This document shows, one piece after another, positions 1 through 12,680 of a DNA stretch of 64,000 bases (the first letter of the stretch is position 1; every line of letters starts with the position of its first letter). The stretch comes from Phaeosaccion multiseriatum (taxonomy: Eukaryota; Protista; Ochrophyta, other classes). The translations under genes were made by a program, and so were the position numbers. The notes under the pieces are model-generated. The model was not told where the DNA came from. It saw only the letters and a list, made by a program, of their open reading frames with translations, and did no database searches. Location: NCBI GenBank assembly GCA_965112735.1, contig OZ218950.1, positions 5,580,001-5,644,000 on the forward strand. The letters run 5' to 3'.

Positions 1-1357
1 CTGGCAGAGCGGGTGCACCGAGACTACGAGGTCCGGGTCGTACTCCAGCAGGGCCTCTGTGAAACGATTGAAGTTGCTGAAGGTCATGATGCGGTCGCTC
101 AACCACCGAGTGGGAGGGAAACGCATGTACTCGTACATCGTCCGCCACACAATGGGGTTTTTGGCCGCGTACTTTAGGGGAGCGCGAGGGGGGGGGGTAA
201 GGGGGGACTCCAACGGTGAGGGGGGTTTGGAGCGGGAACGGGAAATGGCTTTTGCTCAGCGTAACCCATAATACCCCAGCTTCTCTTTCATACCTGGTAG
301 GCAGGGACGGCATTGCTGGTGGGCCACCTCGAATGCTCCGTCCAAATATCCACCATGGTGACGTTGAACGATCCTGGAGGAGGACCAGAGTGGAGTGAGG
401 GAAGGAAGAAGGCGTCTTCCACCCTTTCCATCCATGTACCACCATGCGTCTATTACCTCCCCCCTTACCTGGGTAGAGCTGGTCGAAGGCCGCCTCAAGA
501 GCCTCTGCCGAAGCCCGGTGGCCCCCGCCAGTGTCGCTCATGAGTATGAGCACGTTCACCTGTCGTGCCGTGTGGTTTTTTTCAGCGCAAAAAAAAGGCA
601 TCACCCAATATTTGCTGGCGGTGAGGGACATTCGAGCTCTCCTCCCCTAATCATACTCTTCACCTCTCGCCCCTGACGGTCCTGCATACCCATCCTTTGT
701 GCGTACCTTGGCGTTGCCCCCTCTTGCCCTCCTCTTCCTTGTGACAACCTCAACACTTCGGTTGTTGACCATCTCCGTGTAATTTTTGCGCTGCTCCCGC
801 AGGTACCTGGCCTTTTGGCTGCCGCGACGATCCTGGTAGTGATCGCCATCGTCTTCTTCAGAGGAATCGGAAGCCACAGCCTCTCCGTTCTGTGGGGGCA
901 AAGAATTGAGCTCTGCATGAATGCCCACAGTTTTTTTTGCTATTTGCACGGGGGGGCTCTCTTCATTCAAGATGGTCGAGGTGCGCAAATACGAGCATAC
1001 CTCTTTTCTCCTACGCTTCTCTCTTCTGCGGCGGCGGCGCACCAAGGCGGCCTGTCGAAGGTGATTGAAAGCACGTTTGACTTTCGTCCCGTGCCGCGAG
1101 TACCCAACCTTCTCCCAGCACCCCCAGGGAGAAAGACACGGAGCGGGACCGGCAGAGGGGAAAGAGACGGGAGTAACAGGAGAAGGACAAGGGCTGCGTA
1201 AGACTGGAGTGCGGTATATGACTCGGGCTTGTCTCCTCACCTGATCCGGAAGCTCGCCCTCTTCGATCACCTGCTCCTCCGTGCGCCAACGCGAAAAGAG
1301 TGTGCTGGACCCCAGTGTAACCAGGTGCACCAGCGTGGTGGTGAGCATGATAACCAT
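1..1357 (-). CDS. MGD: Monogalactosyldiacylglycerol (MGDG) synthase, 5' part; multi-exon, runs off the window start
   Basis: Spliced minus-strand exons give VNVLILMSDTGGGHRASAEALEAAF (469-559), VDIWTEHSRWP (293-383) and YDPDLVVSVHPLCQ (1-172), which are diagnostic GT28 MGDG-synthase motifs. Hydrophobic N-terminus MVIMLTTTLVHLVTLG (ATG 1357, alternative 1375). Confidence 0.93.
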
Positions 1358-2008
1358 CCTACCCCTTCTATGCATGCATTGAAGCGTTTGCAGAGGTACG
1401 TGCAAAGCAATTGGATAATGGGTGCGGTGTTGGGCACTTGAATTACAACTCGCCAACTTTGCTATTTGTAGGATTTGAACGTTGCACGTACGTACCCGTA
1501 CGTAGCCCTCCCCGCCCCTCCTTCTCTGTAATTTTACTTCGTACTTTGCTTTTCGCCGGGATACAGAACAGTTCAGTCTTTTGGGCCTGGAGATTGTGCA
1601 GTAGCGAGTGGGAAGAGGGGAAGGCCTACGGATCGCCAAAGGGGCCTCACGATGCAGGCAAGACTGAAAGGGCCAAGGGCTGGCTCCACTCTCACCACTC
1701 TTCTCGAAGGGCGGGTCCCTTTGTGCAGGTAAGTCTTAAAGAGCCAAAAATTACACTTGCACTCAAAGGGACAGAGGCGACGGAACTATAAATCCCGACT
1801 TTTCGCATACACCCCACTGTATAATTCGAGACCGATTTTGCATTGTGTTGGTTGGCCCCAGGCCCCTCCCCACCCGCCCCCAGCCGCGGTGTCTCAACGC
1901 GTGACACTTGCTGGGTAAGAGCCTGCCCTTACGCCATTCCAAATCACTCGCTGCCCTCTCTCCGACTCACGCATGAATGACGATGCCTCAGATGCGTGAG
2001 ATGCCTCC

Positions 2009-5000
2009 TCAAGGGTTCTTGGGCGCAGAAGCATCTCCGTACATCTTCTTGAGATCAGCCATTCGCTTGAGGCCCTCTGCCGACACCTTGACCCCTGCCT
2101 GCCCACCGCCGCCCTCATCCCTGCTCGGGCTCCTCTTGCCACCCCCGCCTCCCCCCCCCCCTCCTCTGTGCATGGGCCTCTCGGGACTCCTGCTGCGGCT
2201 CTTGTGCCTGGATGTGAATCGGTCCATCTTCAGACTCAGGGAGCCCTTGTAACTCGCCGGTCGCGCAGCATAGTCTTTCCCAGTTGCCTCCACCTGTGGC
2301 CAAGCAAAGAAGAGCATCACATCACATGTACACACACGCTGGTTGAGAGAGAGTCACCGAGAGACACCGAGACGGAAAGAGACAGCAAGATAGGAGGGAC
2401 TGAAGCAAGAAAGGAGGGCCATGCCCTTCCCGCACAAAACACCCGAAGCCCACGCACGGATTGAGATGGAGGAGGTCTGTCCGGTCGGGGTGTTACAGCA
2501 CCAGTTCCACGGAAGTACTGACCTTGGATCTCTCCTTCGCCTGGACCTGTGCCAGGAGCTGGTTCATGCTCATACCCCCCTCCAAGAAGGCATTGCCGTT
2601 ACTGTCTCCCCCCCCCCCGGCCGCGCCTGAGCTTCGACTCCGGCTTCGACTGTCATGGCGCCGCCTGCTGCTGTGCCCGTCTCTGCTTCTACTGCGGCTC
2701 CTCCTCTTACTGCGTTCACCGCCCCGTCGAGACGAGGAGTGTCTGCTGCCACTCGAGTGTGTGTCCTTCCTGCGCCCTCTGTTCCGCGCGTAGGATATGG
2801 AAAAAGAAAGAACAAATGCCCGTGTAAAGTCGTCAGGCGTGAGGAGAGCAATTACGCTACACTGTCATCACCAAGGAGACAGCACGGTGCAGGATTTGCC
2901 TGGTGTAGAGAAACAAGCCCCCCCCCCCCCCCCCCATCACGTACCTACTCAAACTTCGACTTCTGCTATCCCCGCGACGCTCTCCGTCCCTGCTCCTCTT
3001 GTGCCTCCTCTCGTCGTCTCTGCCATCGTCTCTGTCTCTGTCGCTCCGCCGCGAGCTGTCGCGTCCATCCCTCCTATGTCTGTGTCTGTCTCTATCTCGG
3101 CTGTCATCCCTCCCATCTCTTCCCTTTCTTCTGTCTCGGCTACTGTCTCTTCTGTCCCCCCTACTTCCCCCGCCTCTGTCTCTGTCCCTGCTGCCTCTAT
3201 GGTCTCCTCTATCTCTGTCTCTGTCTCTGCCCCTGTCCCTATCCCTGTCGGCGCTGCATCTGTTTTCTTCCTCTCGATCTCTGTCCCTGCTGCGGCTCTG
3301 CTCCTTCCTATCGACCAACTGAATCTCCCCCAGGCCCACCAGTTCACTGAGAAGAAATACAAACAAGACACGACGAGAAGAAAAAACACAACAAGGGCGA
3401 AAGTTAAGGACTGTAGACAGACGAGAGCAAAGGCCGGTTTGTTCGATTGTTCGACCTGTCCAGGAGCCCCCTACTCTCTCCTTCCTCCCGAGTCTCCTCA
3501 CTCACGTGTTACCGTACTCCGGGAAGCGCACGAGGTACTGTCCGTCTTGCTCGTGAGAGTCCTCCACCTCCACGCTCTCCACGACGGCCGCATACCAGGC
3601 CACTTCATTCTCCTCGTCCTGTGTGGAGTGGATCATGTCGAATGATGATGTGTAGAGCAAAAGACGCACCAAGCACACGGAAAAGAACACGAAGAGAGAG
3701 AGAGACAGAGAGAGAAGGTCAGAAGAGTTGAAGAGGAAAGGAAGAAAGAGGCGGACTCCGGCCCCGACCTTAGCGGCTGGCGCAACCCTTTCTTCGCCTT
3801 GCGAGTACCGTACCTACCTGGTAGAGTGCCTTCAGTTTGGTCCCCCTCTCGATGAGGTGGGCGATGGGCTTGTTCCCTTTGGCGAGCTTGAGCTTCTGAT
3901 CATGGAGGAGGAACTGAACCTGCGGTGCGGTAGAGGGGTGCCAGGAGGTGTGAGTGCCCACCCACCCCGCCGTGCGCCAAACATGCCCGCAACATTCCTC
4001 CGTAGCGTCTCACGCACACTGCCGGCCACACACACAACACACACACACACACACCTTGAGGCTGCGATCCACTTTGACAGGAATCCTCGGAAGCATAGTT
4101 CCGTGATACTTCATTTCCTGAGTCACAACAAGACAAGACAAGGAATTAGTCACAGCCACTCTTCGGTGGAAGCACAGCAGCAAGTAGCAGATGGGAGCAG
4201 CGGAGTGATCCATCCATACCTGAATGAGCTTCTTGGTGTACTCAGACATTGTCATTGTGGGGCCATCGGGCACTGGTTTGAACTCCTCATTGTCGTGCAG
4301 CAGCGGCTCGATCCAGCCCCACAGATCTTCGGGCGGACATGTGTACCTTAGGGGTTGCGGGGGGGGGCGGACAGATCAGCAGAAGCAGCAGCAATAGCAA
4401 AAAGATAAAGCACAAAGATATGGGCGACCTCGTTTAGTCCTTCTCCACGCAAAGCACACCTGAGGTAGAGGAGGCCGATGGCTCGGATATACGGACTGTC
4501 CGGGTGCTCCAGCAAAACCGTCATCTGCTCTTTGGTCACGCGCATCACAAGCAGCTTCATCAGCAGGCAGAAGGCTGAGCTGGGCGTTCGGCTGTGGGGA
4601 GCAAGGGACGCGCAAGCGTGAGCAATACCCAAAGGTTAGAGGAGGTGGGGACAAGAAGAGGAACATGCGACGTGGATGCACCTGCGGCAGCACCAGCGGC
4701 ATCGTTGTGGCTCCGCACGAGGAAGGGAAATCCTCTCTCCAGCTAATCATCCCGCACGTCCTTCCTTTCTCACCCCTTCTCACCTTGTACCGGCCGACCA
4801 CGGCCCGCAGGTGTCCACATTGTTATAAATCTCATCCACCACCTCCAAAAAGTCAGTCATCGCGTAGAGGGAGCGAAAGTACTCAGCCGCCACAATGTTC
4901 TGCGCCAGAAGATTGTTCATGTTATAGGTGGAGGTATTGCCATGAATGGGAAGCTCTCCATGCTGCATCTGCCTCCCCGCCGCCAGTTGCTCGACTTCAT

Positions 5001-5085
5001 CGTAGGCGGCCGTGGCCTTGTTCACTTCCACATAGCCCAGGCGGGCGGCCTTGACAGCTTGCCGCTCAAGGGCGCTCCGAGACAT
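2009..5085 (-). CDS. PRPF38B: Pre-mRNA splicing factor PRP38B-like with Tudor-like domain and RD/RS-rich tail (~9 exons)
   Basis: Exons encode LPIHGNTSTYNMNNLLAQNI..EYFRSLY, PSSAFCLLMKL, HPDSPYIRAIGLLYLR and YHGTMLPRIP (PRP38 domain), then WYAAVVESV..YLVRFPEYGNT (Tudor-like), RDRD/RSRS repeats, and C-terminal KDYAARPASYKGSLS..LKKMYGDASA. Confidence 0.9.
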
Positions 5086-5403
5086 AGCTGCTGTAGCTCG
5101 AGCTAAAGCGGAAGTGGGGGCTGGCGCTAGGGTGAGAGGGCGTCGTGGGGTCGGCTCGAATTTTGGTTTCAGCTGGTTCGCCTTTGCCGTTGATAAATTT
5201 CGAGAGAGACAGAGAGAATGGCGAGAGAGGGTGTGTGTGTGTGTACACAGCTAGACTTTGGCGCATAAACCAACCCACATAAACCCTTCCGGAGGCAGAC
5301 CCCCAGGGCCAGTTGGTTGAGGTCTAAAACTGAAACTGAAACTGATTCCCTGCCCTCGCTTGCGTGCTTTGGGTTGTTGGAGAATCGGTTGGTTAGCAAA
5401 GGT

Positions 5404-5711
5404 CTACAGAGAACTATTGCTCTCCGTTGGTATTGGACTGAGCACCCTGCTGTTCGTGGCCTCCCTCCCTATGGAGGAGTGCTCCTTCTCCGTCCGGCCG
5501 TCGTCGTCATCCTCTCCACCACCACCCCCTCCTTCTCCTCCTTCTATACAGCAGCCACTCGCTTCTTCAAGCCCTTCGACGTCTACAAGACACTCTGACT
5601 TAATCGTGTCTTGTGTCTCCAAATGCTGAACTGCGTCGGTCGGTCCCACCTTCTCGGCCTCTGCAGCAGCATCAATAGTAGCTTTGGATGCAGACTCAGT
5701 CGCAGCAGCCT

Positions 5712-5749
<38 letters not shown>

Positions 5750-6808
5750 TTTCTCAGGGCAAAGAGCCTCTTCCCACCGGTGCTATCGAGCGTGAGTATG
5801 AAGCGAGAGATGTCCCAGACCTGTACGTTGAGCGCCAACAGGTTGAGGTAGTCTTCCAGTTCTCGTTTGAGCCTCTCCAGACCTCCTCTCTCTCCCCTCC
5901 GGAGCTTGGCGGGGAGGGGGGGAAGGGGCATGGCGCATTCGCCTTGGCACGCGCGATGCACAGCAGAGACTGCTGCCCTCGTGACCCCTGCCATTGCCCA
6001 TTTCTGGCCGGGGCGCAGTGTGCTCACCTCAAAGTGGAAGGTGGCACTCTTTCCTTCTCCAATGACCTTCACAGCCCGGATCTTCAACCCGGCAGGCAGC
6101 CGGCCTGTGCCCCGAAGAGTTGAGTGGAGAGCCTGCCGGGGAGAAATCCCATCCACGCTCCGCCTGCCGCCCCTGTTGCCCCTACCGCCCGCCACCCTCG
6201 TGCGCCCTGTGGGGCTGGACTGAGCCGAACCAGAGGATATACGACGACTTGCTTCAGGCTCCACTCCTGCAGGCTTGGCCCTCTGTCGCGTGAGCCTGGC
6301 ATGCTCAATCTTTCCGCCGTCTTTTCTGGTTCTCCGTGCCCCCTCTTCCCCTTTTCGAGTGCAGCAGGCTCTGCCGAGGACGCTGCTGCCTCCGCTCGTT
6401 TCTGTCCACGCCTGCTGAGAGCAACAAGTATAATTCTGTGATGTGAGCTGATCAAGCGACAAGCAACTCTTCCGTAATACACTTACGCTTGCTTACCTGT
6501 TGCCTCCTCCTCCTCGTGCCTTTCTTCCTCAGTGTCTTCTTCTCCTCTTTTGCATCCGCCTCTCGCGCCGCTATGCGAACGTCCACACCCAAATGAGGCG
6601 GAGCCCGAAAGAGCTCTCCATACTGCCGTTGAGGAAGCAGAGGGGCGGGGGAGGGGCTCATCCTTCTCCTATTTGGGTCGCTGCTTCTACTCTCCACCAT
6701 CTCCCCCATCGTTGTGCTCTTCACGACGATAGCCACTCCATCACCCGCGCTCAAGGCCCGGCCAAAAACCGTGCTATCAGTTGCAGAGACCACGTGCTTT
6801 TCAGCCAT
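5404..6808 (-). CDS. Hypothetical protein with PX(phox)-like domain (2 exons)
   Basis: Exon 6808-6497 with GTAAG donor; exon ~6414-5404 with a NAGNAG acceptor. TFHFEVST..HRACQGECAMPLPPLPAKL..LERLKRELEDYLNLL resembles the PX proline loop and helix. Confidence 0.5.
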
Positions 6809-6947
6809 GTCCCTACCGAGGGGAGGGCAATGCAGCTCAGGACTGAGGGGGGGCGGGAGCGATCGGGCTTTGTTGGCTTACGTTTTCCCGTTACAATACA
6901 TTGTACTTGTGCCCTGGATTTGTTGTTTATTCTTAACGCGCCAAAAG

Positions 6948-9900
6948 ATGGTGCCTGGGGAGCAAGTAGGGAGGATGAAATCCTCGTACCGGTGCTATAG
7001 TGTCGCTTGCTTGGACAGACCTGAGCTGGAGGTGGGAGACAAGGTGAGTAAGCGTCTCCTTCAAAAATCCGCGATCCGGAGTCGAGACGGTCTGCTGGCT
7101 CACCTTCCCCCCGATCCCTCCATGTCGACCAGATGATTCTTCCTCAGTCGGCCTTCCAAGAAGCCCATCGGTTGCAGCTTCGCCTGCCTCTCATCTTTAT
7201 GCTAATCAACCCCTGTCGAAGAGATGCAGAGGAAGGGAAGGAAAAAGGAGGTGCTGGATGTATACGCCAATTCTGCAGCGTACTGGAGTTCAGTGCACGT
7301 GAAGGGAAGGTAAGTGTTGGCAGAAGCGGCCAGCGCGATAGTCGAGGCTCCCATCACTCTCTTTGTCCCTAACTGGCTGAACCTCTCCTCCTCCTCCTCC
7401 TCCTCCTCCTCCTCCTCCTCCTCCTCCTCCTCCTCCTCCTCCTCCTCCTCCTCCTCCTCCTCCTCCTCCTCCTCCTCCTCCTCCTCCTCCTCCTCCCTCC
7501 TCCTCCTCTTCTGCTTTCCTGTGAAGATGTTTCTACCACACTACATGATGCAAAATCTCATGACAAGGGAGGGGGGCATAGTGACGTTGATGAGCGTTGA
7601 CCGAGGCATTCCTCAGGCGAGCTTTGTGCGACTGCGGCCGCACGACACGGCTTTCTTCACGTCTGTCAAGTTTCAGGGCCCCAAGAGTCTCATGGAGGCC
7701 ACGCTTCGGCATTATTCCTTGCTGTCCAAGGGAGAGACGATATTGGTTGAGGTAGGTGGAGGGGCTGAATCGAATGGAGAGGAGGAGCCTTCTACAATTG
7801 CTCAACCCGCCTCGTCTTTATTTCCTACGACACTTTCACTCAATCAGCATTGCGGAACCCAGTTCCTTGTGACTGTGGACGCCGTGCGGCCTGATAAGCC
7901 CCATGGCGAAGAAAAGCAGCAGCACCAGCATCAGCAGCCTGCCGGCGTTCTGGACGACGTTGTGGGGCTGCTCGGAGACCTGGACCTGGAAGTGGACTTT
8001 ACGCTGCCATCTTGCGGAGATGCGGTAGGTGTGAGCGTAGCTGGGGAATAAATAGCCTTTGCTTTCTCCCTGTCTTGTCGCGACGGCAGCTATCTCACCA
8101 GCGCAGCCTGTCGAACTGTTTTTAATCGTGACTGCGCGCTTGCCGCCAGGTGGGGCTGGAGTCGTTGGGGGGGAAAGTCAGGAGGACCAGGCCCCCGCCG
8201 CCGGGGCACATCACCGGCAGGAAAGGCAGAGAGAGGGAAGATAGACAGACTCTCACTCCACGGAGGAGCTCACCCAAGGCCTCACTACCCACGCCCGCAG
8301 CTGCGAGGAGGGCAGGTGGTGCCGAGGGAGCGGGAGTGGCACCAGTGCCAGGTGCTGCTGTGGCCACCAACGCTGCGACCATCGCCAGGCGGCGCAGGAG
8401 CAGCGCAGCTGGCATGGGAACAGGCTCCGGATTGGCCCAATTCTCCGCCTTTGGGGGGCATGGGCGGCTGACAGATGACAAGACTGGCCGCACAGACAGG
8501 GCAGGGGAGCGTGAGGGGGAGCGAAGAGTACATCATGAAGAAAGCGTCGAGAGAGAGGCGACTTTAACAGCGAGTAATGGGGGTTTCCCGCAAGGGCAGG
8601 CGTGTCCCGAGTGTGGCAAGGAGGTGAGCAGAAGTCGGACGTGCTCGGAGGGCATGACCACCGAGAGTTTCGTTGGGCTTGTTCCGCGCCTCGCTTCGCT
8701 CCTCTCCACCCGCTCTGGACTTTTGACATTCGCTTTCTCCGTGCCCTGTGCTGTGCTGTAAAAGGTTCCGCTGTCCAATATGGAAGTGCACGTTCTTCGC
8801 TGCCGGCGGAACGCAGCCTACCGCAAGGTGGAATGTGAGCGGGCGGACTGCAGCCACGTATGCACGCAAGGTGCAATGGCGCAGCACGAGAGAGACTGCC
8901 ACGCTAAAGAGCCCTGCCCAGCGTGCGGGGAAGCGGTGGAAAGATGCGCCTTGCCAGCGCATGAGCAGGAGGAGTGCAAAGAGAGGTGGGTGCAGGGCAA
9001 GGCAAGGGAAAGGAGGAGGTACTCTGGAAGCGGGCCCAGCCACTCTCTGGGCTGGCCTGGGATAAACAGAGGAAGGAGGACTGACTCCCTCCTCATCTGC
9101 TCGTGCTTTCCCCCTTCCCTCCCTGCGCAGGTCGATCGCCTGCGAGTTCTGCCAAGTGAATGTGAAGGTGCATGAGTTGTCGGAACACATTGCGTACTGC
9201 GGATCGAGGACAGACAAGTGAGTTGCGGCCGGCGTATGGGGCTTGGACTCTGTCCCCTTGTGTCTCAATCTCTCGTGTTGCCTGCGTGCTGCCTTACGCT
9301 CTGTGCACGCAACATGATTGGTGTTCCACAGGTGTGACGAATGCGGTGAGTTCATCCCGCTGAAGGAGTACGAGCAGCACAGCCGCGCGTGCACCGGACC
9401 GAAGGTATGGCAAGGCCAACCCCCCAGCCAGTCCAGGCCAACAAGAAGGCACGAGGGGAGGGGCGGCCGCGGCACATCGGCCTCCCGTCCACAGTCCTTC
9501 CTCGTTAGACTCCGTCATGATATGCCCCGCGGTGTCCTCAGCCACCTTCCTGTCCCCAGATCCGTTACTCTTCTCACGGCAGACTCTCTTTCCTCTGTGG
9601 CTGGGTGGGTGAGTGCAGGAGAAGAGGAGCACGGAGAGCCTGAGGCGCAGTGGACGTGTAATGGCAAGAGTCGCCGCGGCAAGAAGCAGCTCTGTAGAGG
9701 CTGCCCAGCTTCTGGCTAGGGCCCGAGAGAGGAACAGCTTGCTGATGGCTCGGCTGGAGGAGCAGCAGCAGCAAGCCATGCCTGTCAATGGCGTTGTGAC
9801 AGCTGCGGGGATGGCAGCTGCTGTCCAACTCCAGAGAGCGAGCGTAGCGTGCCTCGCCCAGCCGGGAGGGGGCGCTGCTGTGGGCGGCGACGATGGCTCA

Positions 9901-10819
9901 AGTCTTGACCCTTGGGTCTGTGACATGTGCACGTTGGAGAACCAATCCCTGCACTTGTCGTGCGCGGCCTGCTCAGCGACCAAGGTGAGCGCTTGCTTGT
10001 GATGGAGAGAGGGGGGATGAGGTGATGTCTTGCTTGGTGCTTTGCTCACGGGTCTCCTTGCGCCCCGAAATCAATCAGCCCATCATTCCCGCCGGAAACC
10101 AGTCGGATGAAGTGCGAGCACCGGAAGCAGCAGCTCCAGGAGGAGCGTCAACAGGGGCGTCAACAGGAGCACCAACACGAGCACCGGCAGCAGGAAGTGA
10201 TGTTGGCTTGGACGCGGGGACTTTGAGCGTTGTGAGTGAAGACAGGGAGGGCACTGCTGCTCGCTCGCCAAGGCCGAGCCCGCACGAAGCGAGCGCCCCG
10301 TGTGTGCAGTCCACAGATGCAGTAGGAGCCGTCCCCCTCTCTCTCCGGCCGACTGCAAGGAAGGGGAGGAGGCAGCCAGAGATGGAGGAGATGGAGGAGC
10401 CAGTAGCAGGAGCAGCAGGAGCAGGAGCAGCAGCAGCAGCAGTAGCAGCAAGAGCAGCGCTCAACCCCGCACCGAGTGGTAGCCGTAGCGGCGGCGGAAG
10501 AGCGCCCTGCAAGAAGGAGCCGGCTGCGGCTACTGGCAGGTCTGCAGCAAGGGAGGGGGACTTTCCTCGCGAGAGCGGTCCGTGTAGTTTGGTGATGGAG
10601 GGGGCACCGGCAAGCCTGACTGTTCGCCTTACTGCTCACCCACCCGCGTCCACGGTGAGCGATCGGAAAGATTGCTCTCGAGCGGCTCTCGCGCCCCGGA
10701 CGGCAGCAGCAGCAGCAGCGGGAAGTACATCGGCGGGCAAACTACGGCACCGCATCGACCTGAGCCGACAGACCAGATTGTTGGCCGCCGGTAACAGAGC
10801 TGATTCATCTCATTTCTAA
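6948..10819 (+). CDS. UFD1-domain protein with TRAF/XAF1-type zinc fingers and a RanBP2/NZF finger (~10 exons)
   Basis: UFD1 N-domain: YRCYSVACLDRPELEVGDK|MILPQSAF..QFCSVLEFSAREGK|MFLPHYMMQNL..FVRLRPHDTAFF..PKSLMEATLRHYSLLSKGETI. Zinc fingers: CPECGKEVPLSNMEVHVLRC, CEFCQ..HIAYCGSRTDKCDECG..HSRAC, WVCDMCTLEN..CAACS. Confidence 0.85.
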
Positions 10820-10844
10820 CAGGATGTATTCATTAGCTTACTGT

Positions 10845-12512
10845 TTATTGCTCTTTCTTTGAGACGGCAGACTCCTCCGTCACTGTGCTTGAGGGCGGTC
10901 GCTCCCCCTCCGAGGCTTGAGGGTCCTCCTCCGCCTGTGCGTCCGCCACAGAGGAGAAGTTGAGCATGCCCTTGAGCGCATTCCACTCTGTGGCCACGAG
11001 CGCCAGGCCCAGTTGGTCGTACACCGTATTGGCGAAGTGCTTGTATCCCCTAAGAGACGAGATGAGACGGGCGACACGGCATACAGAAGAGAGCACCAGG
11101 TATGAAGGTGAGGTGGGCAGAATTACGCCCCTCACACTCCCTGACTCACTCATTCATACACCCACCCAGTACTCACTTGCTGTTCAAGTGCAGTCCATCA
11201 AAGCAGCGGTGGTAAGGCCGCATGATGCGAGCGTCGTTGAGCTTGACCAGCGTCACAGCTGGCGGGGGTGGAATCCAGCCTGGTGGGGGGGACTTCTTTG
11301 TCTTGGGGGGGGCGGTGCTCTGCAGTAGATGGCAGCAGCAGGCAGGGAAGGGGAGGGGAGGGGAGGGGAGGGGGGAGGCATGGAGCGGGTTGACTCAGTA
11401 GAGCCCACGCTGGAGACAAAGTCAGAAATCCCTCCCCGTGCTATTTGCTCACCTTTGCATAGAGGTACAGCTGGCGGTTGATGCGCTTCACCACTCCGAG
11501 CTTCTTGCCTATCCCTGCTCCGTCTGTAGGCAGATTGCACAGCAAGACCCGCTTACCCTCCTTGCGCAGAGTCTACAAAGGGAGGGAGAGGTGTGCTCCG
11601 AGAGTTGAGTCGGGGTCGCTGAGGAAGGGAGTGAGACAGTGGAGGTGGAGCCGTGTGAAAGTACGCACCTCGCATATGGCCCTCAGATTCTTTGTAGTCT
11701 CGCATAGCTCCTCCTCCTCGTACGTGTCCATCGATGTCTTCTTCATTGCGGTCATGGGCATCCCCACACAGTCCTTCACCACGTCCATCGAGCCGGCCAT
11801 GACCACAAACACCTCGGCGTCACTGGGGTAGAGAGACCACAGTCGGTCAGAGGCGTATATTTAGCTCAAGTCTCCCCTCCCGCGTCGGGAGAGGACCAGC
11901 GGCTCCATTTCGCCCTCACCTGCATGCTTTCGAGCAGGCCTTCTTCTGATACAGCGTCTGCTGCGTCTTGCCCGTTTGAGGAGGTTCGGGAACCCAGTCT
12001 GCCGTTGTGCTGCCTGCTCGTCCTCCTAGAGGCAGCAGCGACAGTGGGCAGAGGCACGTGCGTGAGAAGAAAGCCCTGTCCAAGTCAAGCCCCTTTCACA
12101 CTTCACTCACTATTTACAATTTCCCAGCCGGTGCGCACTCGATCGTCCTTCCTCCACAGTTTTTCCAGGTGTCGCGCCACACCCGACAGCCCCCCCATGA
12201 CGACCCAATCGCCGATTCCCTCTGCAAAGCCATCACCGATGATGACCACCTGTACGTGGGCAGACGGAGGCCAAAAAAGGCCACCAAAGCGTCAGTCCGC
12301 TTACTTCAGGCCGCATCTCTTTGAAGACGTTCTCACCAAGCAATCATTACCTTGTGGTGGTGTTTGCTCGTCTTTTTGATGGAGTGATCAGCCGAGGAGA
12401 TGAATTTGCAAAAGCGGATCCACAGCACAGTGAGGGAGAGTCGCAGCGAGATGGCTACATAAAAGAGGATTGCCAAGGGGTTCCTCGAAGGTGCTGCTCC
12501 TGGGTCCTCCAT
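10845..12512 (-). CDS. SGNH/GDSL hydrolase-fold protein with N-terminal membrane anchor (7 exons)
   Basis: Block I KVVIIGDGFAEGIGD, block II NRGRAGSTTADW, block III VVMAGSMD, block V CFDGLHLNSKGY. Hydrophobic N-terminal stretch LAILFYVAISLRLSLTVLW. Confidence 0.8.
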
Positions 12513-12680
12513 ATCAACACGTCTCTTTCTTTTTTTTGTGTAACACAGGTCTCATGTTGATTCACAAATAGGTTGGATGTTCAACACGTCAACCATCGCT
12601 TTTTGCCCGACGTACGTACTCCCTATTAAGTCAATAAATACACACCTTAACCTCTCCTCCTCGGCCGTGTTTCGCCCTGG

